Part shown: piece by piece, positions 55,796 through 64,000 of the stretch
How the letters are laid out: every line of letters begins with the position of its first letter
How positions within the stretch are numbered: the stretch's first letter is position 1
DNA from: Candidatus Poribacteria bacterium
GTDB lineage: Bacteria; Poribacteria; WGA-4E; WGA-3G
Direction: 5' to 3'
DNA: 64,000 nucleotides
Assembly (NCBI GenBank): GCA_022823085.1
Contig: JAJDXV010000057.1
Location: 19,891 to 83,890, forward strand
Position numbers and translations under genes: made by a program
The notes under the pieces: generated by a model
Told to the model about the DNA's origin: nothing
The model's input: the letters and a program-made list of their open reading frames with translations, nothing else
Database searches by the model: none

Positions 55796-56629
55796 CTAAT
55801 CTGACTTGAGTTTTCCCCAAGCCGTTGCGAGTTTGCCGTGCGCCTCAACAGCGAAGAATTCTTCAATACCGAGGTCCATAATACCGTTGACCTCTTCCTC
55901 TGTCAAACCGCGTTTCCAGACGTTAAGTTCATCCATCAATCCGGCGAAAGGTCGGTTATTGTCGATATTATATCCGACGCGAGCCCCTTGATCCCAATCG
56001 CCTGCGATAGGTGTCCCGACGAGGGCTTTTGCCTCACCCACTTTCGTACCGTTGATGTAGAGGGCGGCTGCACCATCAGCGCGGCTGAACGTGCCAGCGT
56101 AGTGTATCCACTCGTTGGCTTTGTTTTTGCCAGCGCGAATGTCAAAAATCGTTGCACCGCCTGCACTCCGATTCAACCAGCGATAGTTGCCATCACCGCG
56201 TGCCTCCGGATGAACAAGCCACGTGCCATCACCGGCGCGAGAATTGAAAATCGCCATATCCGTGACGTTATCAACGTGAATCCACGCCACGATGCTCATC
56301 CCTTCCGTAGGGATATGATCAGGGTCTATATTCGGACCATCTAAGTCAAGAAAACTGCCCGACGTAAACTCAGCAGCTTTCCCAAACTTGCCGTCGTCCG
56401 ACTGCACGACCTTCCCATTGATCGCACCATCGTAACCGTGTCCAGACTTTTCGACGACGGTATCTCCAGCAAACTCTTCATAGTCGAAATACAGCACTAA
56501 ATCAGGGTCTAAAACTTGGGCTGAAGCGAATCCTGTCGTATAGAGTAGACAGAACACGCCGATCAGCAGTAAACACACCAGATAAGTCGGCAGTTTACAA
56601 ACTGATATTACAAATAGGTTGCGTTTCAT
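55796..56629 (-). CDS. Secreted LamG-domain protein, paralog of 13146..13895, with C-terminal tail 'AVEAHGKLATAWGKLKSD'
   Basis: Signal peptide; 'GDTVVEKSGHGYDGAINGKVVQSDDGKFGKAAEFTSGSFLDL' LamG signature. Confidence 0.7.
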   Translation of the reverse strand: MKRNLFVISVCKLPTYLVCLLLIGVFCLLYTTGFASAQVLDPDLVLYFDYEEFAGDTVVEKSGHGYDGAINGKVVQSDDGKFGKAAEFTSGSFLDLDGPNIDPDHIPTEGMSIVAWIHVDNVTDMAIFNSRAGDGTWLVHPEARGDGNYRWLNRSAGGATIFDIRAGKNKANEWIHYAGTFSRADGAAALYINGTKVGEAKALVGTPIAGDWDQGARVGYNIDNNRPFAGLMDELNVWKRGLTEEEVNGIMDLGIEEFFAVEAHGKLATAWGKLKSD

Positions 56630-56957
56630 TTCGATACTCCTTATTTTAATGGGCAGTGTTTAGTAAGGTTATCAGTCCCGCGCTTATGGCAGTTAAGTTA
56701 ACTGTTAAGACCACAAGAACCCTCTTAATTGAGCACTGAAAGCCGACAACTGACAACCATTGATTGGTTTTTAATCAAGCGGATACACTTGTTATCCTTA
56801 AGTTTAACACGTTCTCGTTTCTGTATGCAAAGAAAAATAGAGAAACGGTGTCAGTGCGAAGCGAAGTGTAACTGAAAACCGCGCCTCCGAAAAATCACTT
56901 GTTTATTTTTTCGGTTTGCGTTAAACTGATTCAGGAAGTTAATAGAAAAAATTTGAA

Positions 56958-57719
56958 GTGTTACCAAAGGACAAAAGGTTGCAAAGTGTAGGGATTATTC
57001 CAGCCCGATATGCCTCAAGCCGTTTTGAGGGGAAAGCGTTGGCCGACATTTTCGGGAAACCGATGGTCCAGCGTGTCTATGAAAGCGCGTGTCGCGCCCA
57101 GACATTGGATAAGGTTATCGTCGCGACAGATGACCGACGGATTTATGACGCTGTAACCGAATTCGGCGGCAACGTCGAAATGACCGGTGAATGCGATACC
57201 GGTACCGAGCGCGTCGCCGTTGTCGCTGAACGATTAAAATGCGACATCATCGCCAACATACAAGGCGATGAACCGCTACTTAAACCCGAACAGATAGATT
57301 TAATGATACGACCTTTCCTCAAGAAACCGGAAGTTCAGGTCTGCACATTGAAACAGCGCGTTCAAACGGTTCTCGATTACCGAGACATTAACGTTGTCAA
57401 GGTTGTTACAAACCTCAACGGCGATGCGTTGTACTTTTCGCGCGCAGCTATGCCCGGCAAAATTAGTGAAACCGAACTACACAAATTTCCTGTGTATCGG
57501 CATGTCGGGTTGTACGCTTACCGCCGAGAGCAGCTCCTCGCCTTTACAAACTGGCGCAGCACACCTTATGAACTCGCTGAAGGGCTGGAGCAGCTACGCT
57601 TTTTGGAAAACGGGGTACCTATTCATGTCGTCGAAACGGATACCCCACTTATCGGCGTCGATGTACCCGCCGATTTGGAACGCGTAAAACAGATTTTAAA
57701 ACTTGACCTAAAAACTTGA
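56958..57719 (+). CDS. kdsB: 3-deoxy-manno-octulosonate cytidylyltransferase (CMP-Kdo synthetase)
   Basis: 'GIIPARYASSRFEGKAL' N-terminal signature. 253 aa. Confidence 0.85.
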   Translation: MLPKDKRLQSVGIIPARYASSRFEGKALADIFGKPMVQRVYESACRAQTLDKVIVATDDRRIYDAVTEFGGNVEMTGECDTGTERVAVVAERLKCDIIANIQGDEPLLKPEQIDLMIRPFLKKPEVQVCTLKQRVQTVLDYRDINVVKVVTNLNGDALYFSRAAMPGKISETELHKFPVYRHVGLYAYRREQLLAFTNWRSTPYELAEGLEQLRFLENGVPIHVVETDTPLIGVDVPADLERVKQILKLDLKT

Positions 57720-57732
57720 CAAGGAAACTTTC

Positions 57733-59364
57733 ATGACAAAGTATATTTTCGTGACGGGCGGCGTTATCTCAGGAATCGGTAAAGGGATTACAACCGCATC
57801 CCTCGGTAGATTGCTCATCAATCGTGGATTCAAGATAATCGTCGTCAAAATCGATCCGTACCTTAACGTTGATGCCGGTGTGATGAATCCGTTCCAACAC
57901 GGTGAGGTCTTCGTCACCCATGATGGCGCGGAAACAGACCTTGACCTCGGAAACTATGAGCGGTTTCTCGGCATGGACCTGAACAGATATTCTAACTTTA
58001 CAACAGGCTCCGTCTATCAGGAAGTCATCGCAAAAGAGCGGCGCGGTGATTATCTCGGTCAAACCGTACAGTTGATCCCGCACATTACCGACGAAATTAA
58101 ACGACGCATCTATCAGATCGGTGAAAATAACAAAGCCGAAATCGTTATTACCGAAATCGGCGGCACGATCGGCGACTTTGAGATGCCACCCTTCGTTGAA
58201 GCCATCCGCCAGATGGCAGTCGAAGTCGGACGCGAGAACACCATGTTCCTCCATGTATCCCTCATTTACACCCTACCGAACGGCGAAACTAAAAGCAAAC
58301 CGACACAACACAGCATCCGTAAACTCCAAGAACTCGGTGTCCAACCAGATGTCCTGCTCTGCCGAACCGGTCAGACCTTAGAGGCGGCTTTCCGCCGAAA
58401 AATCGCACTCCTCTGCGGTATCTCTGAAGATTGCATTTTTGAAGGATTAGACACGAAATGCGTCGATGAAATTCCGCTGAACTTTGAACGCCAAGGTATG
58501 GGACATCTCGTTTCAAAGCGGCTCGGACTCGATACACGCGCCCCGATGGATGCCGAATGGGCTGAAATGGTCGAAAAACTTAAAAACCCGAAGCAGCGTG
58601 CCCGCGTCGCTATCGTCGGAAAATACACAACCGGCAACGATGCCTATATCAGTGTACAGGAAGCCCTCAAACACGGTGGCATCGCAAACGAAGCGGATGT
58701 CGAAATCGAGTGGATAGAAGCCGAATCACTGACAGAACATCCCAACCTTGACGCTGTTTTTCAAAAAGCCGATGGCATACTCGTTCCAGGCGGATTCGGC
58801 TACCGAGGGATTGAAGGCATGATCGTCGCCGCACGATACGCACGGGAAAACAAAATACCCTACTTGGGATTATGTCTCGGCATGCAGTGCCTCGTAATTG
58901 ACTTCTCTCGGAACGTCGCGAATCTCAAAAAAGCAAATAGCACAGAAGTCGACGAAAACACACCGCACCCCGTTATAGATTTAATGCATGACCAGCAATC
59001 TGTCGCTGACCTCGGTGCAACCATGCGACTCGGACACTATTCCTGCGTCCTCAAAGAAGATACAAAGAGTTACGCCGCATATCAACAACCCATTATTGTC
59101 GAACGGCACCGTCACCGCTACGAACTCAATAATCAATACCGGTCGCAATTAGAATCGGCAGGCCTCTGTTTTAGTGGCGTGTCCCCGGACGAAAGCCTCG
59201 TCGAAATCGCCGAGGTAACAGATCACCCTTGGATGGTAGGTTCGCAATTCCACCCCGAATTTCAATCTAAACCCCTGGCACCGCATCCACTTTTCCGTGA
59301 ATTCATCGCTGCCGTGCTCGCCTATCAATGTAAAAGGGAAACCGTGGAAGGAGGAGAAGGATAA
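57733..59364 (+). CDS. pyrG: CTP synthase
   Basis: 'KYIFVTGGVISGIGKGIT' N-terminus; glutamine amidotransferase 'GLCLGMQ'. 543 aa. Confidence 0.9.
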   Translation: MTKYIFVTGGVISGIGKGITTASLGRLLINRGFKIIVVKIDPYLNVDAGVMNPFQHGEVFVTHDGAETDLDLGNYERFLGMDLNRYSNFTTGSVYQEVIAKERRGDYLGQTVQLIPHITDEIKRRIYQIGENNKAEIVITEIGGTIGDFEMPPFVEAIRQMAVEVGRENTMFLHVSLIYTLPNGETKSKPTQHSIRKLQELGVQPDVLLCRTGQTLEAAFRRKIALLCGISEDCIFEGLDTKCVDEIPLNFERQGMGHLVSKRLGLDTRAPMDAEWAEMVEKLKNPKQRARVAIVGKYTTGNDAYISVQEALKHGGIANEADVEIEWIEAESLTEHPNLDAVFQKADGILVPGGFGYRGIEGMIVAARYARENKIPYLGLCLGMQCLVIDFSRNVANLKKANSTEVDENTPHPVIDLMHDQQSVADLGATMRLGHYSCVLKEDTKSYAAYQQPIIVERHRHRYELNNQYRSQLESAGLCFSGVSPDESLVEIAEVTDHPWMVGSQFHPEFQSKPLAPHPLFREFIAAVLAYQCKRETVEGGEG

Positions 59365-60629
59365 TGGATAACACGCCTAAAGTTCGTTCGCGTGCATGGT
59401 ACGGCGATGAGGAACTGACGTTGAATTTTCCAAACGATTGGGAAGTAGATGTCCTGAGACCTAAAGATGCTCCTGAACTTTCTGATGCACAAATCGAGAA
59501 GGCGTTTGCTGAACCGATCGGCACGCAGCGTATTGCCGAACTCGCAAAGGGGAAAAAGAGTGCTGCTATCATTTTTGACGATCTGAGCCGTCCAACGCCT
59601 GCCTGGAGAGTGATACCGTTCCTCCTGCGTGAGTTGGCATCCGCAGGGGTCCCGAAATCCGAAATCCGGTTCGTTGCCGGGGTCGGCGCACACCGTCCAC
59701 TCAGAGACGAAGATATAAAAAAGAAGATCGGCGCAGCCATCGCCGCTGAATATGAAGTCACAAACCACGACTTTATGAGTGGTGATCTACGCGCATTCGG
59801 TAATCTCGATAACGGGACACCGCTCTATTTCAATCGCATTGTTGCCGATGCCGATTTCAAAATCTGCCTCGGTGGTATCTATCCGCACAGCTCCGTCGGC
59901 TTCAGCGGCGGCGCAAAGTTAATTGTCCCCGGTGTCTCAGGGTTTACGACGATGTTTTATTTCCATACATTCCCACCTGGACGCGGACCGGCAATAATTG
60001 AAGGGCAGAGCGATGAACCTGACCGTCGCGACACCACTGAATTGGCAGCAAAGGTCCTCGGACTCGATGTTATCGCCAATGTTGTACTCAATAGCCGTCG
60101 TGAGATTTGTGGTATGTTCGTCGGGGACTTCATACAGGCGCATCGTAAAGGCGCGCATTTCGCTATGGATACCTATAGCACGGAGATACCGGAAGCCAAT
60201 CAAACGGAATCCGATCTCGTTGTGATTAACTGCTACCCGCTTGATGCCGATGCAATTCAACTCGATAAAGCGTTGGCGGCTTTAACCTATTTTGAAAATG
60301 CGTATACAGTCGCACTCTATCCCGCAAGCGATAGCAGCTGCTACCACGGACTCTTTGACCGAATCGATTACGCACGCTATCTCAAGCAGCGAGCCGAACA
60401 GGTACCCCCCGAACTCCCGACACCGAAAGTCGGACGTCGCGGGCAACTCCATGTCTGGTCTGAGCATTTTCTCGTGGATGACTTCTATAAGGAGTACCCC
60501 GCTTCGATCCTCTTCCGAGACCTCGAACAACTGATTCAACGCTTAGCGGAGAAACTGCCAGCACGCGCGAGGGTTACTGTTCTACCTGTCGCAGGGATAC
60601 AGGTGCTGATACCGGCAAACGCTGAATAA
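59364..60629 (+). CDS. LarA-like (DUF2088; nickel-pincer-nucleotide-dependent racemase/epimerase family) protein, paralog 1
   Basis: 421 aa. 'AIIFDDLSRPTP', 'VGAHRP', 'NHD', 'GGIYPHSSVGFSGGAKLIVPG' parallel LarA N-terminal and catalytic-loop motifs. Confidence 0.6.
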   Translation: MDNTPKVRSRAWYGDEELTLNFPNDWEVDVLRPKDAPELSDAQIEKAFAEPIGTQRIAELAKGKKSAAIIFDDLSRPTPAWRVIPFLLRELASAGVPKSEIRFVAGVGAHRPLRDEDIKKKIGAAIAAEYEVTNHDFMSGDLRAFGNLDNGTPLYFNRIVADADFKICLGGIYPHSSVGFSGGAKLIVPGVSGFTTMFYFHTFPPGRGPAIIEGQSDEPDRRDTTELAAKVLGLDVIANVVLNSRREICGMFVGDFIQAHRKGAHFAMDTYSTEIPEANQTESDLVVINCYPLDADAIQLDKALAALTYFENAYTVALYPASDSSCYHGLFDRIDYARYLKQRAEQVPPELPTPKVGRRGQLHVWSEHFLVDDFYKEYPASILFRDLEQLIQRLAEKLPARARVTVLPVAGIQVLIPANAE

Positions 60630-60697
60630 GCAACGAAACGTGAATACAATAGGAGAGGCAGATCGTCTAATCTTCGATCCAAAAATGGAGGACAATC

Positions 60698-61957
60698 ATG
60701 AGCAACACCGCTACAGTCTACTCCCGTGCTTGGTACGGTGATGAAGAACTAACGCTGAATTTTCCCACAGGTTGGGAGGTGGAAGTATTAGGTCCCAAGG
60801 ACGCACCGGAACTTACCGATGCACACATCGAGAAAATATTTGCTGAACCGATCGGCACACCACGTATTTCGGAACTCGCGAAAAATAAAAAGAGTGCCGC
60901 AATCGTTGTTGACGACCTCAGCCGTCCGACCCCAGCAGCGAGAGTGATCCCGTTTCTTCTACGCGAGTTGGCATCCGCAGGAGTCCCGAAATCCGAAATC
61001 CGATTTGTTGTCGGCGGCGGTTCACACCGACCGCTCACCGATGAAGAGGTCGCCAAGAAAATCGGTGCAGATGTCGCCGCTGAATATGAAGCGACGAGCC
61101 ACGACTTCATGAGCGGCGACTTACGCGCATTGGGCAGCCTCGATAACGGGATGCCGATCTACCTCAACCGTGTCGTCGCCGATGCCGATTTCAAGGTCTG
61201 CCTCGGCGGTATCTATCCGCACGGTGCCGTCGGTTTCGGCGGCGGCGCAAAATTGGTCGTCCCCGGCATCGCCGGTTTCGCAACGATGTTCTATTTCCAT
61301 ACCTTCTCACCGAGCCGCGGGCATGCTATCATTGAAAAGAAGGGGAACGAACCCGATCATCGCGATTTCGCTGAAGCCGTCGCGCGTATCCTCGGACTTG
61401 ATGTGATTGTCAATACCGTCCTCAATACCCGCCGTGAAATCTGTGGGCTATTTGTCGGCGATTTTATACAGGCACACCGCGAAGGCGCGCACTTCGCTTT
61501 AGACACCTACGGCACAGAGATACCGGAGGCGAGTCGAAAAGAGACCGATCTCGTTGTACTGAATTGTTACCCGCTCGACAGCGACCCGATCCAGACGGGG
61601 AAGGCGTTGTGGGCAACGCGCTATTTTGAAAAAGCGTATAAGATGGCACTTAACCCCGCAAGCGATGGCATCTGCTACCACGGACTCTTCGACCAGATCG
61701 ATTATAACCGGTTCCTCGAACAGAGAGCGGAGCGAACAGAATCCGAACTCCCAACACCGCAACTCGGCACACAAGAGCAACTCCACGTCTGGTCGGAACA
61801 TTTTTTGGTGGACGATTTTTACAAGAAGCATCGCGGCGCATGCCTCTTCCGAAACCTTGACGAACTGATCGCCCTGTTTGCTGAGAAACTACCAGCACAC
61901 GCGAAGGTCGCTGTTTTACCGTCCGCCGGGATTCAGGTGTTAGCACCGGAGAAATAG
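60698..61957 (+). CDS. LarA-like protein, paralog 2 (tandem duplicate, roughly 65% identical by eye)
   Basis: 419 aa, with the same motif set ('GGGSHRP', 'GFGGGAKLVVPG'). RBS 'GGAGGA' upstream. Confidence 0.6.
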   Translation: MSNTATVYSRAWYGDEELTLNFPTGWEVEVLGPKDAPELTDAHIEKIFAEPIGTPRISELAKNKKSAAIVVDDLSRPTPAARVIPFLLRELASAGVPKSEIRFVVGGGSHRPLTDEEVAKKIGADVAAEYEATSHDFMSGDLRALGSLDNGMPIYLNRVVADADFKVCLGGIYPHGAVGFGGGAKLVVPGIAGFATMFYFHTFSPSRGHAIIEKKGNEPDHRDFAEAVARILGLDVIVNTVLNTRREICGLFVGDFIQAHREGAHFALDTYGTEIPEASRKETDLVVLNCYPLDSDPIQTGKALWATRYFEKAYKMALNPASDGICYHGLFDQIDYNRFLEQRAERTESELPTPQLGTQEQLHVWSEHFLVDDFYKKHRGACLFRNLDELIALFAEKLPAHAKVAVLPSAGIQVLAPEK

Positions 61958-62500
61958 ATGCAGATACAAAATGATAAGCACACTGAGAACTCATTCCTGC
62001 AAAACACGAACGCGTTCCTCGGTAAAATCGAAACCGGTTTCCTATGCCTCATTATCGCAATGATGATCGGGCTGGCGATACTCAAAATCGTGATGCGATA
62101 CGTGTTCAGCGCAAGCCTGTTGTGGAGCGATATAATGCTTCAGCACTTGACGCTCTGGCTCTGCTTCTTCGGTGCCGCACTCGCGACCTGCGAACGACGA
62201 CATATTAGCATTGATGTACTCAGTCGGATTCTGCCCGACAAGTACACACGCTGGACGAACCTTGTTATTGATTGCATCGCGCTCGTCGTCGTTGCAATTT
62301 TAGCGTATTACGGATTTCTTTTCCTCGGCGATGAACAATTAAGTGAGGCTGTCCTAATCGGAAACGTCCCGTTGTGGTGGGCAAAGACGATTATCCCCTA
62401 CGGTTTTGTTCTCATCGCTATTCACATCGTGCTACAGATCGGAATCAATCTAACAGAGAGTGGAAACACACCGGACGCTGTGGAAGGAGAGGCAGACTGA
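61958..62500 (+). CDS. dctQ: TRAP transporter small permease (DctQ family)
   Basis: 180 aa with 4 TM helices; starts immediately after the stop of LarA-like paralog 2. Confidence 0.7.
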   Translation: MQIQNDKHTENSFLQNTNAFLGKIETGFLCLIIAMMIGLAILKIVMRYVFSASLLWSDIMLQHLTLWLCFFGAALATCERRHISIDVLSRILPDKYTRWTNLVIDCIALVVVAILAYYGFLFLGDEQLSEAVLIGNVPLWWAKTIIPYGFVLIAIHIVLQIGINLTESGNTPDAVEGEAD

Positions 62501-63786
62501 TGGGACTCCTCATTGGCATCGGGTTGGTCGGTTTCGCACTCCTCGGGGGCGCGCTTTTCGTCTTACTCGGCGGCGCTTCGATTATCGGTTACGCCATGGC
62601 AGGCGAACCGATTTCGACGATCCTCATCGACTTCAACCGCCTCACTCGAAATTCGACAATCCTGATTATCCCGCTTTTCACATTCGCCGGATATATCATC
62701 GCCGAAGGAAAGGCACCCCAGCGTTTAGTCGCCTTCGCACGCGCAAGCGTCGGTTGGTTACCCGGCGGCATCGCCGTGGTTGTCCTCACTACCTGTGCCT
62801 TCTTTACCACCTTCACAGGCGCGTCCGGCGTAACGATTGTCGCACTCGGTGGACTCGTCTACCCCATACTACGGCAAACCTATAACGAGAAGTTTTCGCT
62901 CGGATTGATAACGGCTTCGGGGAGCATCGGACTCCTATTCCCACCGAGTGTGCCGTTGATCCTCTATGCAATTGTCGCACAGGTTCGCATCGACACGATG
63001 TTCCTCGCCGGTATTATCCCCGGTATGCTTATTCTCACTATCCTCGGTATCTACTGTTGTGGATGGAGTTTCTTCAAAAAGACCGAGACGATACCGTTTG
63101 ATGGGAAGGTTTTTCTGCAAACACTTTGGGATGCGAAGTGGGAAATTCTGCTGCCGTTTGTTGTGTTAGGCGGCTATCTATCCGGTATCGTTACGCTCGA
63201 TGAAGCCGCAGCACTCACCGTCATCTACGCCTGCATCGTAGAGATCGTCATCCACCGTTCGATTTCGTTGAAAGCGTTACCACGCATCGTCAAAGAGAGT
63301 ACCGTCCTTGTCGGCGCAATCCTCATCATTCTCGGTATCGCTTTAGGGTTGACCAACTACCTCATCACACTCGACGTACCGACAAAAGTTCTCGATTGGA
63401 TTCAGTCAACAACGGAAAGCCGGATTATTACACTCATCGGACTCAATATCTTTTTGCTCATCGTTGGGTGTCTGATGGACATCTTCTCAGCGATCATTAT
63501 CGTCGTGCCGCTGCTCCTGCCCATCGCAGAACAGTTTGGGATTGACAAAGCGCACCTCGGCATCATCGTCCTAACGAACCTCGAAATCGGATATTTGACA
63601 CCGCCGATCGGGATGAACCTATTCATCTCCAGTATGAAATTTGACCGGTCTGTTGTGATGCTTTACGGTTCGGTGCTGCTATTCATCGCGCTCTTGTTAG
63701 TCGCACTCGTGTTGGTGACCTATATTCCAGACCTAAGTCTCTGGCTCCCGCGTGTACTCGGAAAAACATCAGCACCCCTGTTCTGA
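62500..63786 (+). CDS. dctM: TRAP transporter large permease (DctM family)
   Basis: Polytopic, about 428 aa from the ATG at 62500 ('MGLLIGIGLVGF'). The track ORF starts earlier at 62374, in a frame that overlaps dctQ. Confidence 0.8.
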   Translation: MGLLIGIGLVGFALLGGALFVLLGGASIIGYAMAGEPISTILIDFNRLTRNSTILIIPLFTFAGYIIAEGKAPQRLVAFARASVGWLPGGIAVVVLTTCAFFTTFTGASGVTIVALGGLVYPILRQTYNEKFSLGLITASGSIGLLFPPSVPLILYAIVAQVRIDTMFLAGIIPGMLILTILGIYCCGWSFFKKTETIPFDGKVFLQTLWDAKWEILLPFVVLGGYLSGIVTLDEAAALTVIYACIVEIVIHRSISLKALPRIVKESTVLVGAILIILGIALGLTNYLITLDVPTKVLDWIQSTTESRIITLIGLNIFLLIVGCLMDIFSAIIIVVPLLLPIAEQFGIDKAHLGIIVLTNLEIGYLTPPIGMNLFISSMKFDRSVVMLYGSVLLFIALLLVALVLVTYIPDLSLWLPRVLGKTSAPLF

Positions 63787-63869
63787 ACCGCTTTCTCTCC
63801 CGAAAATGCCTCTTGGAACAGAGCCATTTAGTTTTTTATATTCGCTTTATATATGTATAGACTTCTTCT

Positions 63870-63912
63870 GTAGGAGCGAGCTGTGCTCGCGATCTTTCAT
63901 AAGAAAACGTCA
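63870..63912. repeat. Dispersed repeat 'GTAGGAGCGAGCTGTGCTCGCGATC...AAAACGTC' (copy 2)
   Basis: Near-identical to 49784-49825. Confidence 0.7.
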
Positions 63913-64000
63913 ACTTATGTAAACGAAATCAAAACGGAAACCCAGAACTAAATCGTCCTGCCTCTTGAAAAAAGACTTGCCAATTTTTCGGCAATCTGAT

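Noticed and set aside
56958-60629. Idea that the kdsB-pyrG (CTP-related) adjacency to the LarA paralogs reflects the CTP-dependent LarC nickel-insertion chemistry
   Set aside because: kdsB and pyrG are frequent housekeeping neighbours. No larC-like gene is present, so this is most likely coincidence.
1-64000. tRNA / rRNA / tmRNA scan of intergenic regions (for example 9590-9725, 26262-26624, 40130-40521, 56630-56957)
   Set aside because: No cloverleaf-compatible sequence with acceptor or T-arm consensus (GTTCRANYC) was spotted by eye; tRNAscan or Infernal should confirm.

Overview
This 64-kb window is about 50% GC and comes from a bacterium with Gram-negative-type envelope genes (kdsB, PAP2 phosphatase, PBP4-type D-Ala-D-Ala carboxypeptidase), probably an uncultivated lineage. 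I found no rRNA, tRNA or CRISPR array. About 55 genes are supportable. Housekeeping and metabolic genes include mazG, nfi, pyrG, kdsB, leuA/cimA-like, two class-I aminotransferases, a DegT aminotransferase, GlpA-like FAD dehydrogenase, SDR epimerase, a Liv-type and a BMP-type ABC permease pair, and TRAP dctQM. Accessory content is heavy. (i) A ~14-kb defence-like island (about 14.1-28.2 kb) carries a PLD-nuclease/SNF2-helicase fusion next to a large gamma-class N6-adenine methyltransferase. That methyltransferase gene has been split in frame by a 121-bp MITE; a second MITE copy lies at 49.6 kb. The island also holds a HigB remnant with a HigA-like gene, a Schlafen/AlbA_2-like ATPase, an ABC-type ATPase with an overlapping small partner gene, and a translationally coupled DprA/SLOG-like + PhyH-dioxygenase pair. 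(ii) Three paralogous secreted LamG-domain proteins share a C-terminal 'GK(L)ATxWGxLK' tail; one is frameshifted and bracketed by small hairpin repeat elements. (iii) Several families of short dispersed repeats occur: a REP-like hairpin, a 'GTAGGAGCGAGCTGTGCTCGCGATC' element, duplicated promoter-like sequences, a 35-bp direct repeat bracketing the restriction-like module, and 2x72-bp tandem palindromes. (iv) A decayed locus carries a MazF toxin fragment fused to TPR remnants. (v) Tandem LarA-like (nickel-pincer racemase family) paralogs sit in an operon with TRAP permeases. (vi) There is a hicBA pair. All calls rest on motif-level reading of the supplied translations and the DNA; no database searches were run.
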